A stretch of 64,000 nt of DNA, taken from positions 3,830 through 67,829 of the forward strand of contig JAPOWB010000006.1 in assembly GCA_026707815.1 (NCBI GenBank), given 5' to 3'. Shown here one piece after another: positions 18,265 to 27,401 of the stretch (positions are counted from its first letter, which is position 1; each line of letters begins with the position of its first letter). The notes under the pieces are model-generated. The model was not told the DNA's origin. It worked only from the letters and a program-made list of their open reading frames with translations, and ran no database searches. Source of the stretch: Candidatus Saccharimonadota bacterium. GTDB lineage: Bacteria > Patescibacteriota > Saccharimonadia > Saccharimonadales > VXPC01. A program made the position numbers and the translations under genes.

Positions 18265-19274
18265 GACTTCCTCCTTGGGTTATTTTTAGATTTTTTAACG
18301 GTTTTAGCGGTGGCAGAGACTCTTTTTCTGCCAGTCTTAGAATTTTTAGTTTGATTAAACTGTCTCTGTTTTTTCTCTTTAGCATTCAAGGTTTTGCTGA
18401 CAAAGCCGTCCACTGTTTGACCATTGACTTGGGCAGTGGTCTTATTTTGTTCTTGTTTTTGATTGAATTGATTGAATTGCCAATATTGCATTAGGGAACT
18501 TGTTAGCCAAAAGAAAGATAAGGCTGTATAGAATCTCAAGCCCACAATCAAAAATAAGCCGGGTAAAACAAATCTCATAGAGCGACTGACGCTAGCATTG
18601 ATTTCTGTTTGATCTAATTTTTGTCCTGCGGCTGATGCTTTGAAGATTTGCCTTAAGGTTTTTTGAGGCTTACTGGTATCAGCTGTTTGAGCCGACATTT
18701 GTTTAGAGATAAAATATTGAGAGATTGCTCCCAATAACAACACAATAAACCCAGCTATATATAATCCGCCCGTCTCTAGTGGTTGGCGAGTCAAGTCAAC
18801 TAAACTCAGAAAAGTTGGATCAAAGATTTCCGGATTAATAGCTAAATCCTGCATCCAGCTTAAATCCTTAACAAAGGTATAGGCATGTTCCAGAAGATTC
18901 TGGCTAGAAATTTGTCTGGCAATTTGATAGATACAAATAAAGATGGGAATCTGAAGCAATAAATAGCCTAAAACAGCAAAAGGATTGAAACTGTGTTCCC
19001 GATAAAGAGCTAGAGTTTCAAAAGCTTCTTTTTGCCTATTACCTTTATTAGCCTGTTTGATTTTAGCTATTTCAGGCTGCAAATCTCTTTGCTTTTTTAA
19101 CTGTATTAACTGCTTTTTAATTATTGGATATATCGCTAATCTGATTAAGATAATCAAGATTAGCAAGGCGACTCCAAGATTATGACCCGGAATAATAGCC
19201 ATAAGAACGGCTAAAAGATTGAAAATTGGTTCAAAGATTAATGTATTCCACAGATTAACTATCAAATCCCACAT
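18261..19274 (-). CDS. yidC: Membrane protein insertase YidC (short, Gram-positive-like form) with a basic C-terminal tail
   Basis: Polytopic protein with YidC/Oxa1-like core motifs (RLAIYPIIKKQ, FNPFAVLGYLLLQIPIF) and a K/R-rich tail. It lies in the rpmH-rnpA-yidC-jag synteny. Confidence 0.85.
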   Translation of the reverse strand: MWDLIVNLWNTLIFEPIFNLLAVLMAIIPGHNLGVALLILIILIRLAIYPIIKKQLIQLKKQRDLQPEIAKIKQANKGNRQKEAFETLALYREHSFNPFAVLGYLLLQIPIFICIYQIARQISSQNLLEHAYTFVKDLSWMQDLAINPEIFDPTFLSLVDLTRQPLETGGLYIAGFIVLLLGAISQYFISKQMSAQTADTSKPQKTLRQIFKASAAGQKLDQTEINASVSRSMRFVLPGLFLIVGLRFYTALSFFWLTSSLMQYWQFNQFNQKQEQNKTTAQVNGQTVDGFVSKTLNAKEKKQRQFNQTKNSKTGRKRVSATAKTVKKSKNNPRRKS

Positions 19275-19433
19275 GTATCTATATCTTAATTACTTAATAC
19301 ATATTAGCAGAAGTTAATAAAACTTAGTATTTAATTTGCTTATAAAGTGTGCTAATTTTGTATGCAAAATAAATTTATTTTATGAAAGTTTAACGATTGT
19401 TCTTAAAATTGCTAATAATATATCTGTATATTT

Positions 19434-19790
19434 TTAGATCTTTTTTGAGTAATTTTTTTGCAAGGCTTGAAAAACTGGTTGAAGCTGTTTGCTCAGATCA
19501 GGTGCTGGCAAGAAGGCTAATTGATTATCGTGAATGACAAAAATCAAATCCACATGAATAGCATGTTGCTGGAAATATAGTCGAAAAGTTTCATATAGTC
19601 GACGGCGAATTCTATTGCGTACAACAGCTTTTTTATCCACTTTTTTACTAACAACAATAGCAATGCGATAATTCTGGCGATAATTCTGGCGATAATATAA
19701 TTTACCGAAGCTGTATCGTTGAACTTTACCCCTCCTCAATATCGGAAACAGACTCCGCCGACCTCTAAAACGGTTGACTCGGTTAATCAT
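19434..19790 (-). CDS. rnpA: Ribonuclease P protein component
   Basis: RNR motif region VSKKVDKKAVVRNRIRRRLYE and a position directly downstream of rpmH. It contains an in-frame 12-nt tandem duplication (QNYR repeat). Confidence 0.85.
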   Translation of the reverse strand: MINRVNRFRGRRSLFPILRRGKVQRYSFGKLYYRQNYRQNYRIAIVVSKKVDKKAVVRNRIRRRLYETFRLYFQQHAIHVDLIFVIHDNQLAFLPAPDLSKQLQPVFQALQKNYSKKI

Positions 19791-19826
19791 GATAAATACT
19801 GATTCTAAGAAAATAACAGCTTAATT

Positions 19827-19964
19827 CTAAGCACTTAGCTTTTTACGTTCTTTGTTGCGACGACGTTTCAGAACAGCTCGACCGACTCGATTTTTCATGC
19901 GCTTCATAAAGCCGTGCTTCTTAGCACGCTTTCTTTTGTTTGGTTGATAAGTTCGTTTTGACAT
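19827..19964 (-). CDS. rpmH: 50S ribosomal protein L34
   Basis: Own translation: [45 protein letters not shown], a canonical L34 sequence. It is too short for the ORF track. Confidence 0.9.
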   Translation of the reverse strand: MSKRTYQPNKRKRAKKHGFMKRMKNRVGRAVLKRRRNKERKKLSA

Positions 19965-20059
19965 TTATTAGTCTTTACAAGCTCCCTAATTATACAGTTT
20001 CAGCCAGTGACAGACAAATGCCCCACAATGATTTTAGACATCAGGAAAACTTAATCTAG

Positions 20060-20190
20060 AAAAATTTCCACACTTCGCCTAGGATTTATCCACCGATTCT
20101 AATCTGTAAAATAGTAAGTGTGGATAATTTAACTTATATAGCTGATTGGATTGCTGAAGTTTTTTTTGCAAATTTTATCCACACAATTTT
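20060..20190. promoter_or_regulatory. oriC-associated DnaA-box cluster upstream of dnaA
   Basis: TTATCCACC at 20086-20094, TGTGGATAA (reverse-complement perfect box) at 20119-20127, a perfect TTATCCACA at 20175-20183, and a weaker TTTCCACA at about 20065-20072. The context between rpmH and dnaA is AT-rich. Confidence 0.7.
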
Positions 20191-20267
20191 GAAAAAATTT
20201 GGCATAATTGAAACAACGGATTTGTTGTTACAAAATTCAAGTAAATAGAGTTTAAAAAGGAAGGAAA

Positions 20268-21644
20268 TTGTTGGAAACAAGTTTAATTTGGAAATCAGTT
20301 TTAGGCGAAATCGAATTAAATGTTGATCCCTCTATTTATGCTACTTGGTTTAAAAAAACTCGGCTTTTGAGTTTTGATAATCAGAAGCTTATTGTCGGTG
20401 TCCCCAACGCTTTTGCTCAAAGACAGCTGGAAACTCAATTTCAGCCCCTAGTTAAAAAAGCTTTGGTGAAAAACAAAATTTCTGATCAAGACTTAGTGTA
20501 TCGCATCATCTCGCATGCCAGCTCTAAAACAGAAGAGGGTGATTCTACCCAAATAAACAATGGTGTGAATTTTGGTAAAAGCAATCAAATTGGTCGCAAT
20601 CGATGGGCTCAAGCTTACCAACAAGGCTTAAATCCTAAATACACTTTCGAAACCTTTATTACTGGATCAGGTAATGACTTGGCTCACGCTGCTTGTCAAG
20701 CAGTTGTGAATAATTTAGGCTCAAAATATAATCCTTTGTTTGTTTATGGTGGGGTTGGCATTGGTAAAACTCACCTAATTCAAGCCGCAGGCAATGCCAT
20801 TTTAGCTCATAAACCCCAACTGCAAGTTGTTTATGTCACCATTGAACAGTTTGTCCAAGAATTCACCAATGCTATTCGCTATAAGCAGGTGGGTGATTTC
20901 ACTCGGTGTTATCGAAATGCCGATATTTTAATTATTGATGATATTCAATTCATTGCTAATAAGGAAAAAACTCAGGAAGAGTTTTTTCACACATTCAATG
21001 TTTTGCATGAAGCCGGCAAACAAATTATTATCAGTAGCGATAAACCCCCTCATGCTATTCCCACCTTGGAAGCTCGGCTTCAAAGCAGATTTGAGATGGG
21101 TATGACTATAGATATGCAGGTTCCCGATCTAGAGACAAGGTGTGCTATTTTGAAAGCCAAGGCAGATAAAATTAATCTTAAAATCGAATCTGAGTGCGTG
21201 GAATTTTTAGCCTCTCATATTTCTACCAATATTCGAGTTTTGGAGGGGGCTTTGAATCAATTAAATGCTTTCTGTGAAGCTCACCAAATTGTCTTAGCCA
21301 CCCCTCAACTGGCTCAACAAATTTTTGAAAAACATTTTATTAAATCAAAAAATCCAAGAATTACCCCTAAACAAGTAATTGAGAAAGTTGCTCAACACTA
21401 TCATTTAAAAACTTCTGAATTATTAAGTCCTAAGAGGGATAAAGATATTGTTTTGCCTCGTCAAATTGCTATGTATTTACTCAGACAACACCTGCACTTA
21501 AGCTACCCCCGAGTAGCCAAATCCTTAAATCGCAAAGACCACACAACTGCTATTCATTCTGTAGACAAAATTAAAAAGCAGATTTTATACAATCACGAAT
21601 TAAAAGAGGCTTTGATAGAGCTAAAACAAGCTTTGAATTTTTAA
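20268..21644 (+). CDS. dnaA: Chromosomal replication initiator protein DnaA (TTG start)
   Basis: AAA+ module GGVGIGKTHL, DDIQF, a sensor region, and a C-terminal DNA-binding helix-turn-helix (RQIAMYLLRQ...DHTTAIHS). The TTG start is preceded by AAAGGAAGG. Confidence 0.95.
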   Translation: MLETSLIWKSVLGEIELNVDPSIYATWFKKTRLLSFDNQKLIVGVPNAFAQRQLETQFQPLVKKALVKNKISDQDLVYRIISHASSKTEEGDSTQINNGVNFGKSNQIGRNRWAQAYQQGLNPKYTFETFITGSGNDLAHAACQAVVNNLGSKYNPLFVYGGVGIGKTHLIQAAGNAILAHKPQLQVVYVTIEQFVQEFTNAIRYKQVGDFTRCYRNADILIIDDIQFIANKEKTQEEFFHTFNVLHEAGKQIIISSDKPPHAIPTLEARLQSRFEMGMTIDMQVPDLETRCAILKAKADKINLKIESECVEFLASHISTNIRVLEGALNQLNAFCEAHQIVLATPQLAQQIFEKHFIKSKNPRITPKQVIEKVAQHYHLKTSELLSPKRDKDIVLPRQIAMYLLRQHLHLSYPRVAKSLNRKDHTTAIHSVDKIKKQILYNHELKEALIELKQALNF

Positions 21645-21819
21645 TTTTTTTGGAAAACTTGAGAATTTAATGTGTAATAAATGTGTAAGTCTTGGGATTA
21701 AATTTGCAAACAAAGATGACGATACTAAATTTTATAAACCTTCACTCATTAAATACCCTGCTTATTATTAGTTAATTCACACAGACAAAACACCTTCTAT
21801 CTATCTGATGATCTTTTAT

Positions 21820-21828
21820 TTATCCCCA
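21820..21828 (+). promoter_or_regulatory. DnaA-box-like site (TTATCCCCA, one mismatch) in the dnaA-dnaN spacer
   Basis: Read directly from the sequence. The direct repeat ACAAGTTTTGA occurs twice immediately downstream, at about 21832-21842 and 21849-21859. Confidence 0.35.
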
Positions 21829-21885
21829 AAACAAGTTTTGACCTATAACAAGTTTTGAAAGAAATTTGTTAAAATAGTTTTAGTT

Positions 21886-23058
21886 ATGAAGTTTCAAGTC
21901 ACTCAAAAAAATCTCAGCAATTGTCTAAGGGATGTTACTCCTTTCTCAGACAAGAATCATCAACTAGAAATAATTAAAAATATTTTTCTTAAAACCAATA
22001 AAAATTTATTAGAAATTTCGGCCACAGACTTGGAGGTTTCTATTATTGAAAGAATTCCTGGATCTTGTCAAAAAGATGGCTCTATCACCATCCCAGCAGG
22101 ACTTTTGAGAGAGTATATTCAAGGATTGCCTTCCGAAACCTCTAAAACCAAGCCTGCAACCATAGATTTAGGGGTCGAAAAAACAAAGCTAAAAATAAGC
22201 TGTCAAAATATTAATGGAGTTATTAATGGTTTAACTCCAGAAAATTACCCCTCCTTTCCCGTAAATCAAAAAACCAAACCTCTACTAGAGATCAAGGCTT
22301 CAGTTTTAAAAAGTGTTTTGGATCAAACTATTTTTGTTGCCAACAAAGACCTAAGTAACCCAATTCTGACCGGAGTTTTACTTCATATCTTTAACAAGGA
22401 ATTATATTTAGTTTCTATTGATCGCCACCGATTGGCTGAAAAAAAGATTACCAACCTTGTCACCAAGCCTAGTGCTAAGGCAGATTTTCAAATTTTAATT
22501 CCAGCCACCACCTTTTTGAAACTTGATCGGATTTTAGTAGCCCATCCCCAAGCTAAAATCTCAATTTTCAAACAAGAAGATAAGAAGCAGCACATTCTAT
22601 TTACCGTCAACGATCAGGAAATAGAGATCACCTCATCTTTAATAGAGGGGACTTATCCAGATCATCGCAAATTAATTCCAGATAAATTTATAACAAAATT
22701 AATTGTTGATAAACAACTTCTCCAAGAGTCAGTTAAGCGAAGTCGATTATTCTCACAAGAACTGACTCCAGCTATTGTTTTAAACTGGCAACCAAAAGCC
22801 ACTAAACTCCAGATTAAATCTGTGACCTCCCAAATGGGTGAAAACATTGAAGAAATTAAAGCTAAGATTACCACGCCCCCAGACGGGGATCACGCTATAA
22901 CTTTAAATGCCAAGTATCTTCAAGAAGCCCTCCAAGCCCTAGAAGGTGATCAGGTTGAAATTAATCTTAATTCCAAATTAGATCTTTGCCTCTTAAAGGG
23001 CTATGATAAGCAATCTCTAGATGATTATCGCCACGCAGTTATGCCCCTGCGACTTTAA
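21886..23058 (+). CDS. dnaN: DNA polymerase III beta sliding clamp
   Basis: 390 aa, position after dnaA, and beta-clamp-like N- and C-termini (MKFQVTQKNL...; ...AVMPLRL). Confidence 0.9.
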   Translation: MKFQVTQKNLSNCLRDVTPFSDKNHQLEIIKNIFLKTNKNLLEISATDLEVSIIERIPGSCQKDGSITIPAGLLREYIQGLPSETSKTKPATIDLGVEKTKLKISCQNINGVINGLTPENYPSFPVNQKTKPLLEIKASVLKSVLDQTIFVANKDLSNPILTGVLLHIFNKELYLVSIDRHRLAEKKITNLVTKPSAKADFQILIPATTFLKLDRILVAHPQAKISIFKQEDKKQHILFTVNDQEIEITSSLIEGTYPDHRKLIPDKFITKLIVDKQLLQESVKRSRLFSQELTPAIVLNWQPKATKLQIKSVTSQMGENIEEIKAKITTPPDGDHAITLNAKYLQEALQALEGDQVEINLNSKLDLCLLKGYDKQSLDDYRHAVMPLRL

Positions 23059-23082
23059 ACACCTCTTTTTGAGAGATTAATT

Positions 23083-24126
23083 TTAAGGAACGGGGACATT
23101 TTCTCTGTCTAGACGATTATATCTTCGAGAAGAATGATCACAAGCCAAACCATCTTCAGTTTCTTGGCGGACTTGTTGAAGGATTCTCTGAGTTCTTTGG
23201 CTAACAGGAAACTCCCAATGATGTTTTTCTGTTAGCCAACCTGAACTAGAAGTGAAAGGATTGATTAACCCATATTGATGGGCATTACATTTGATCCAAT
23301 CAAGAGCTAAATTTCCGTCCTCACTGCATCTCCCTCCTTGATTTACAGACCACCACGTTCTGTTTTCGTCTAGACAAAATAAATCAAATCCCAGTCCAAG
23401 CTGATGTTTTGAGTAGCCGGGGGTAGTTAAGGGGGTAGGACAAGTTATATCAATAATGCCATGCTCTCTATCGGCTTGATCGTAATAGGCGTGCCGAGGC
23501 TGAAACTTATCACCAATTCTGACCTGTTCTAGACTATACGAGCCAAAACCAAGGGGATTGTTGTCAGTTTCGTTGAGCTGGCTGAGGTAGTATTGGACGC
23601 CTTGATATCGAAAAGAACATCTTCTATTCTCCATGGCTCGGAGCTCAACTTGTCGTTCTTGACTTCTCCAACCATCGGCATGAATACTGTATCGAGGTTG
23701 AACAATCTGATTTAAATCAGTAAGAAACTGTTGAATATTTTCCTCGACACAACGATGAGATCGACGAACTTCAACAGTTTTTCCATTTACAGAAAGATTG
23801 CTTGTTCGAATGAATTCACCATAAAAGTTTCTTTGATTAGAGTTATTATGAGCTTGAGGATTTGGAATATAGGAGAAGCCATTGACTCTCAAGTCTTCAA
23901 TAGAATCAGCCACACAATCACCAAAGGGTTCAGCTCGGCTAACAATGATGGGCTTTGAGGGGCTTGGTTGATAGATGCCATCTTCCCCACCTTCACTATC
24001 AGGTACATAGTAGGGAAAAACATATTGAATGGCTTTATTGTAGCTACTCTCTGCCCTAACCAAAGGGATGGTTATAGTAATCAGTATTAAACTAACGGCT
24101 AAACTGTGAATTAAGTTAATTTTCAT
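23083..24126 (-). CDS. Secreted peptidase M15 (VanY / D-Ala-D-Ala or L,D-carboxypeptidase-like) cell-wall hydrolase; last gene of the T4SS-like operon
   Basis: Signal peptide (SLAVSLILITITIPLVRAES). Motifs HADGWRSQERQ (SxxRSxxxQ-like), PGYSKHQLGLGFDLF (PGxSxHxxGxAxD) and EKHHWEF (ExWH) match the M15 zinc-peptidase signature. The protein is Cys-rich. Confidence 0.65.
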   Translation of the reverse strand: MKINLIHSLAVSLILITITIPLVRAESSYNKAIQYVFPYYVPDSEGGEDGIYQPSPSKPIIVSRAEPFGDCVADSIEDLRVNGFSYIPNPQAHNNSNQRNFYGEFIRTSNLSVNGKTVEVRRSHRCVEENIQQFLTDLNQIVQPRYSIHADGWRSQERQVELRAMENRRCSFRYQGVQYYLSQLNETDNNPLGFGSYSLEQVRIGDKFQPRHAYYDQADREHGIIDITCPTPLTTPGYSKHQLGLGFDLFCLDENRTWWSVNQGGRCSEDGNLALDWIKCNAHQYGLINPFTSSSGWLTEKHHWEFPVSQRTQRILQQVRQETEDGLACDHSSRRYNRLDRENVPVP

Positions 24127-24141
24127 ATATCAACAAGACCC

Positions 24142-27100
24142 TCATGCCACGAGTTGCTCTGATTTTAGTTTAGGTAGTCTCAACCAATTCAAGCCCCAAG
24201 CTATCCGTTGATTCAGCATTTCAATTGGATTTAAGCAAGACTGAGCATCTTCACTAGCGACAGTTAAAATTTTATCAGTTTGATCTATGACTTCTGAAAC
24301 TTGAGAGATGGGTTCTGTTGATGGCTGGACGGGTTCAGAAAAGGTGCCTAACTCTAATTCAGTATCAGCCTCTATCAATGTCTCCCGCTGTTGCTCAACC
24401 AATAAAGAATCACAAGCATTAGAAAACATTGGCGAAGTATCGGTGTTTGCTAATTGAATATAGTTAATAGCTAGACAATCTTGATAATACAAATTATATC
24501 TTAATATTTTAATGCGTTCAGCAGCGTCGTCATTTTTAAAGCAGAAATCATAGCGATCGCTTTCTTCTAATTCAGCCCCCTGCACGTAAAGATACCAATC
24601 AGCCATATCTAAATTAATGCATTGAGCGTACCGATTAGTATCTAGTCCTCCCGACTCTACCTCAATGCCAGCCACCCCCTCAATTCCCTCGACATAGACG
24701 GCATTATCAAAGATATCGGTGCTTATGTTATCCCTTAGAATTCCACTGCCGTCCATCATTTCAGGCCAAAAACCTATCACCCTTTGTTGACCTGGATAAA
24801 GCAGACTTGCTAGAGCTTCAGCCTCCTGAGGAGTTGAGTGATTGTCTGCATAGGCTTGATCAAAAAGATTTATCCCCGGCTGAAAATTTTTAGTTAAACC
24901 AGCGATATATGTTTTGGCTTTTTCTTCAAAACTGTCTTGATAATGGTGAGAAGCTAACAGAGATGAGGCGGTTGAATAAGGATTATTCAAGGCAAAGATA
25001 TTGCTCCAAATACCCTGTTCAGCATAATAATTCCTTTGAAGAGCTAGAGATATTTGGGTCTGTCGCAAGGCTTCATCAACTCCAATTGCCACTCCGCCGT
25101 GTCCACTAGCTTCAGCCTGAGCCAAGTGATGCTTGCCATAATCTACCAAGGCGTAATTTCGGGCACCATTAGCTGAATTATTGATATCATTCAAAAGAGA
25201 AGTGTTGATGCCAGTAGCTTCCTCAACGACGCTACCCATGACTTTATTAAAAATAAAATGATCGAAAACAAAACCCGACCCCACAGTTCCGCCTGCAATG
25301 AGAATATTTTTAACAACCTGCCCTATAAGTAATTGGCCACCAGTCTTAGCAAGTACCCCAATTCCCAGACTGAAAAGCATGGCTCCCAGCTCTACTATGG
25401 CAATAACTATCTGAGCGACTGGATTTAAAAGCATATTGCAAAGCTGTTCAAATACATCTCCTAAATAGTTAAACACAGGCTTTAAAGCCCATTCTGCTAC
25501 TGCTCCAAAAACTTTTAAAAAAGGAAAAAGAACAACACTAAAAAAACTCTTAAAAACTCCTCGCCATGAACTAGTATCAAAATGCGGAATAGCAGCACCC
25601 GCTAAACTGCTTCTATAAGTGTAATTATCCAGACCGCTATTTTTGAGTTCATTGGTTAAGTCTGTATCACTGATTTGTTTGACATTGCTTTTGAAGCTAT
25701 CTTGATCGCTGTTTTGAAAGAGATTTGCATCATCAATGCTGATCTCTCCCTCATATTGATTGGGATTATCAAAAATCCCTTGGAGTTTTTGAAAGCCATG
25801 AGCAGGGTTGAAGTATTGACCATATTGGAGAATCTTTTTTAGGCTTAAGCCACCAGGTCCAGCTTCGACTGAGTATTCATTTGAATAATCTACGCCTTCA
25901 ACATCTTTGTAGACTGAAGCTGAACGACCCAAAATCCCAACCTGATAATTAGCTGAGGTTGCAAAACCATTGAATCGAGAAGATAAATCTGCCACGACAT
26001 GGCTTTCAGCTTCTCCAGCTTTAATCTGGCTTGTGACGGTATCCATGGTAACGGCTGTATCAATCATTCCATTTATTTTAGTTTTAAAAGTTTTTTGAAT
26101 AACCTGACTTAATTCATACAGAACACAAACCACCGTGCTGATGCCAATAGCCAAAGATACCTGACTAGCCCCCCGAAGAACATGAGTATTAAAGTTATTC
26201 AACTGAGCTTGCCTGCCCTCAGAAATCCCAGATCTGATTTGCTCACCAGTCGCTCCAGTTTTATAGTCTTGGCGAGCCGCTTCCAATTCGGCATCAGTAA
26301 TTCCCATCTTCTTCAAAGCACTATCTGCTCCAACCAATCGCCTTAATCTAGATTTTCCCTCTGAAATATTATGATTAATTTCTTGATTAACTGCAGTTTT
26401 CAAAGCTCCAGGCGAACCCCTAATTCTATTTTTCAAAGTGCCATTTTTTAAATCATGGATCAAAAGCCTAAATCTAACAAAAGGCATTCCAGTTATTTTG
26501 GCTATATAAACTGCCGAGCGATGAGCCCTATACGAGTCAAATCGTCCACCATTATAAAGATTGCGATTGATGTCATCTCTAAAATTGTTGAGGTCTTTAA
26601 TATCGTTTAAGGGAATGGGTCTCCCATCCGGAGAGCGAACTCCCGATAAAGTTTTCCGACCCCAAGTCCACCACGGAGAATGTCTAAAACGATTAAACTC
26701 CCCCATATCATAGTCTGCACCTGTTAGATGATTAAAAATCTGATTGGGGGTTGTACCAAACAGTCTATCTGTTAGGACAATTCTTTTGTTTGGCGGGATA
26801 TCCTTGCCAGACAGACTCTTCCCATTGAAGTGAGCTCGATTATAGGCATGATACAAATGATTAAATCTTCGACTTAAAGAAAAATGAAAATGCCCAAATC
26901 TTAGTCCAGTGGAGATACGATTAACATGTTCTAAAATTCCTCCAACATGAGAAAACAGCAACAGCAATAAAACCCCAATCAGGGTCGGCATCAGAAAACT
27001 TCCAATACCCAGCAAAATCTTCCTCCGATTTCTGTTCGAAGATTGATTAGGTTGTTGCTGTCTTTGTCTGAGGCGTCGTATTAATGATGTTTCTTTTTGA

Positions 27101-27342
27101 TCTTCAGACTCTTCATTAATAAAAGCTGGAGCATCATCGCTTGGAGGCTGATCTGGAAATTCTAAGTCTTGGAGATCTTGGCTTTCTTGATCTGATTCAT
27201 TTTCAGTGGCTGAATATGTAAGAGGCTGATCTTGGAATCTAGATCGCTGGAGATTGAGTTGCTGAAGTTCATCTGAATAAAGAATCTCTTCTTCAATTTC
27301 CTCTTCTATTTCTGGTTCATCTTCTGAGCGAAAAACAGCCAT
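24142..27342 (-). CDS. Large (1066 aa) polytopic membrane protein of unknown family, T4SS-like operon
   Basis: Acidic N-terminus, a basic stretch (RRLRQRQQQPNQSSNRNRRK), and a first TM segment. A further TM lies near residue 400, a TM cluster near residues 600-700, and a long C-terminal soluble region follows. No motif I can assign. Confidence 0.5.
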   Translation of the reverse strand: MAVFRSEDEPEIEEEIEEEILYSDELQQLNLQRSRFQDQPLTYSATENESDQESQDLQDLEFPDQPPSDDAPAFINEESEDQKETSLIRRLRQRQQQPNQSSNRNRRKILLGIGSFLMPTLIGVLLLLLFSHVGGILEHVNRISTGLRFGHFHFSLSRRFNHLYHAYNRAHFNGKSLSGKDIPPNKRIVLTDRLFGTTPNQIFNHLTGADYDMGEFNRFRHSPWWTWGRKTLSGVRSPDGRPIPLNDIKDLNNFRDDINRNLYNGGRFDSYRAHRSAVYIAKITGMPFVRFRLLIHDLKNGTLKNRIRGSPGALKTAVNQEINHNISEGKSRLRRLVGADSALKKMGITDAELEAARQDYKTGATGEQIRSGISEGRQAQLNNFNTHVLRGASQVSLAIGISTVVCVLYELSQVIQKTFKTKINGMIDTAVTMDTVTSQIKAGEAESHVVADLSSRFNGFATSANYQVGILGRSASVYKDVEGVDYSNEYSVEAGPGGLSLKKILQYGQYFNPAHGFQKLQGIFDNPNQYEGEISIDDANLFQNSDQDSFKSNVKQISDTDLTNELKNSGLDNYTYRSSLAGAAIPHFDTSSWRGVFKSFFSVVLFPFLKVFGAVAEWALKPVFNYLGDVFEQLCNMLLNPVAQIVIAIVELGAMLFSLGIGVLAKTGGQLLIGQVVKNILIAGGTVGSGFVFDHFIFNKVMGSVVEEATGINTSLLNDINNSANGARNYALVDYGKHHLAQAEASGHGGVAIGVDEALRQTQISLALQRNYYAEQGIWSNIFALNNPYSTASSLLASHHYQDSFEEKAKTYIAGLTKNFQPGINLFDQAYADNHSTPQEAEALASLLYPGQQRVIGFWPEMMDGSGILRDNISTDIFDNAVYVEGIEGVAGIEVESGGLDTNRYAQCINLDMADWYLYVQGAELEESDRYDFCFKNDDAAERIKILRYNLYYQDCLAINYIQLANTDTSPMFSNACDSLLVEQQRETLIEADTELELGTFSEPVQPSTEPISQVSEVIDQTDKILTVASEDAQSCLNPIEMLNQRIAWGLNWLRLPKLKSEQLVA

Positions 27343-27401
27343 TTTTAAGATATTATAACACTGCCGTTAGAGAAGATTGTTCTCTAATAAGGGGATTGGA
27401 A

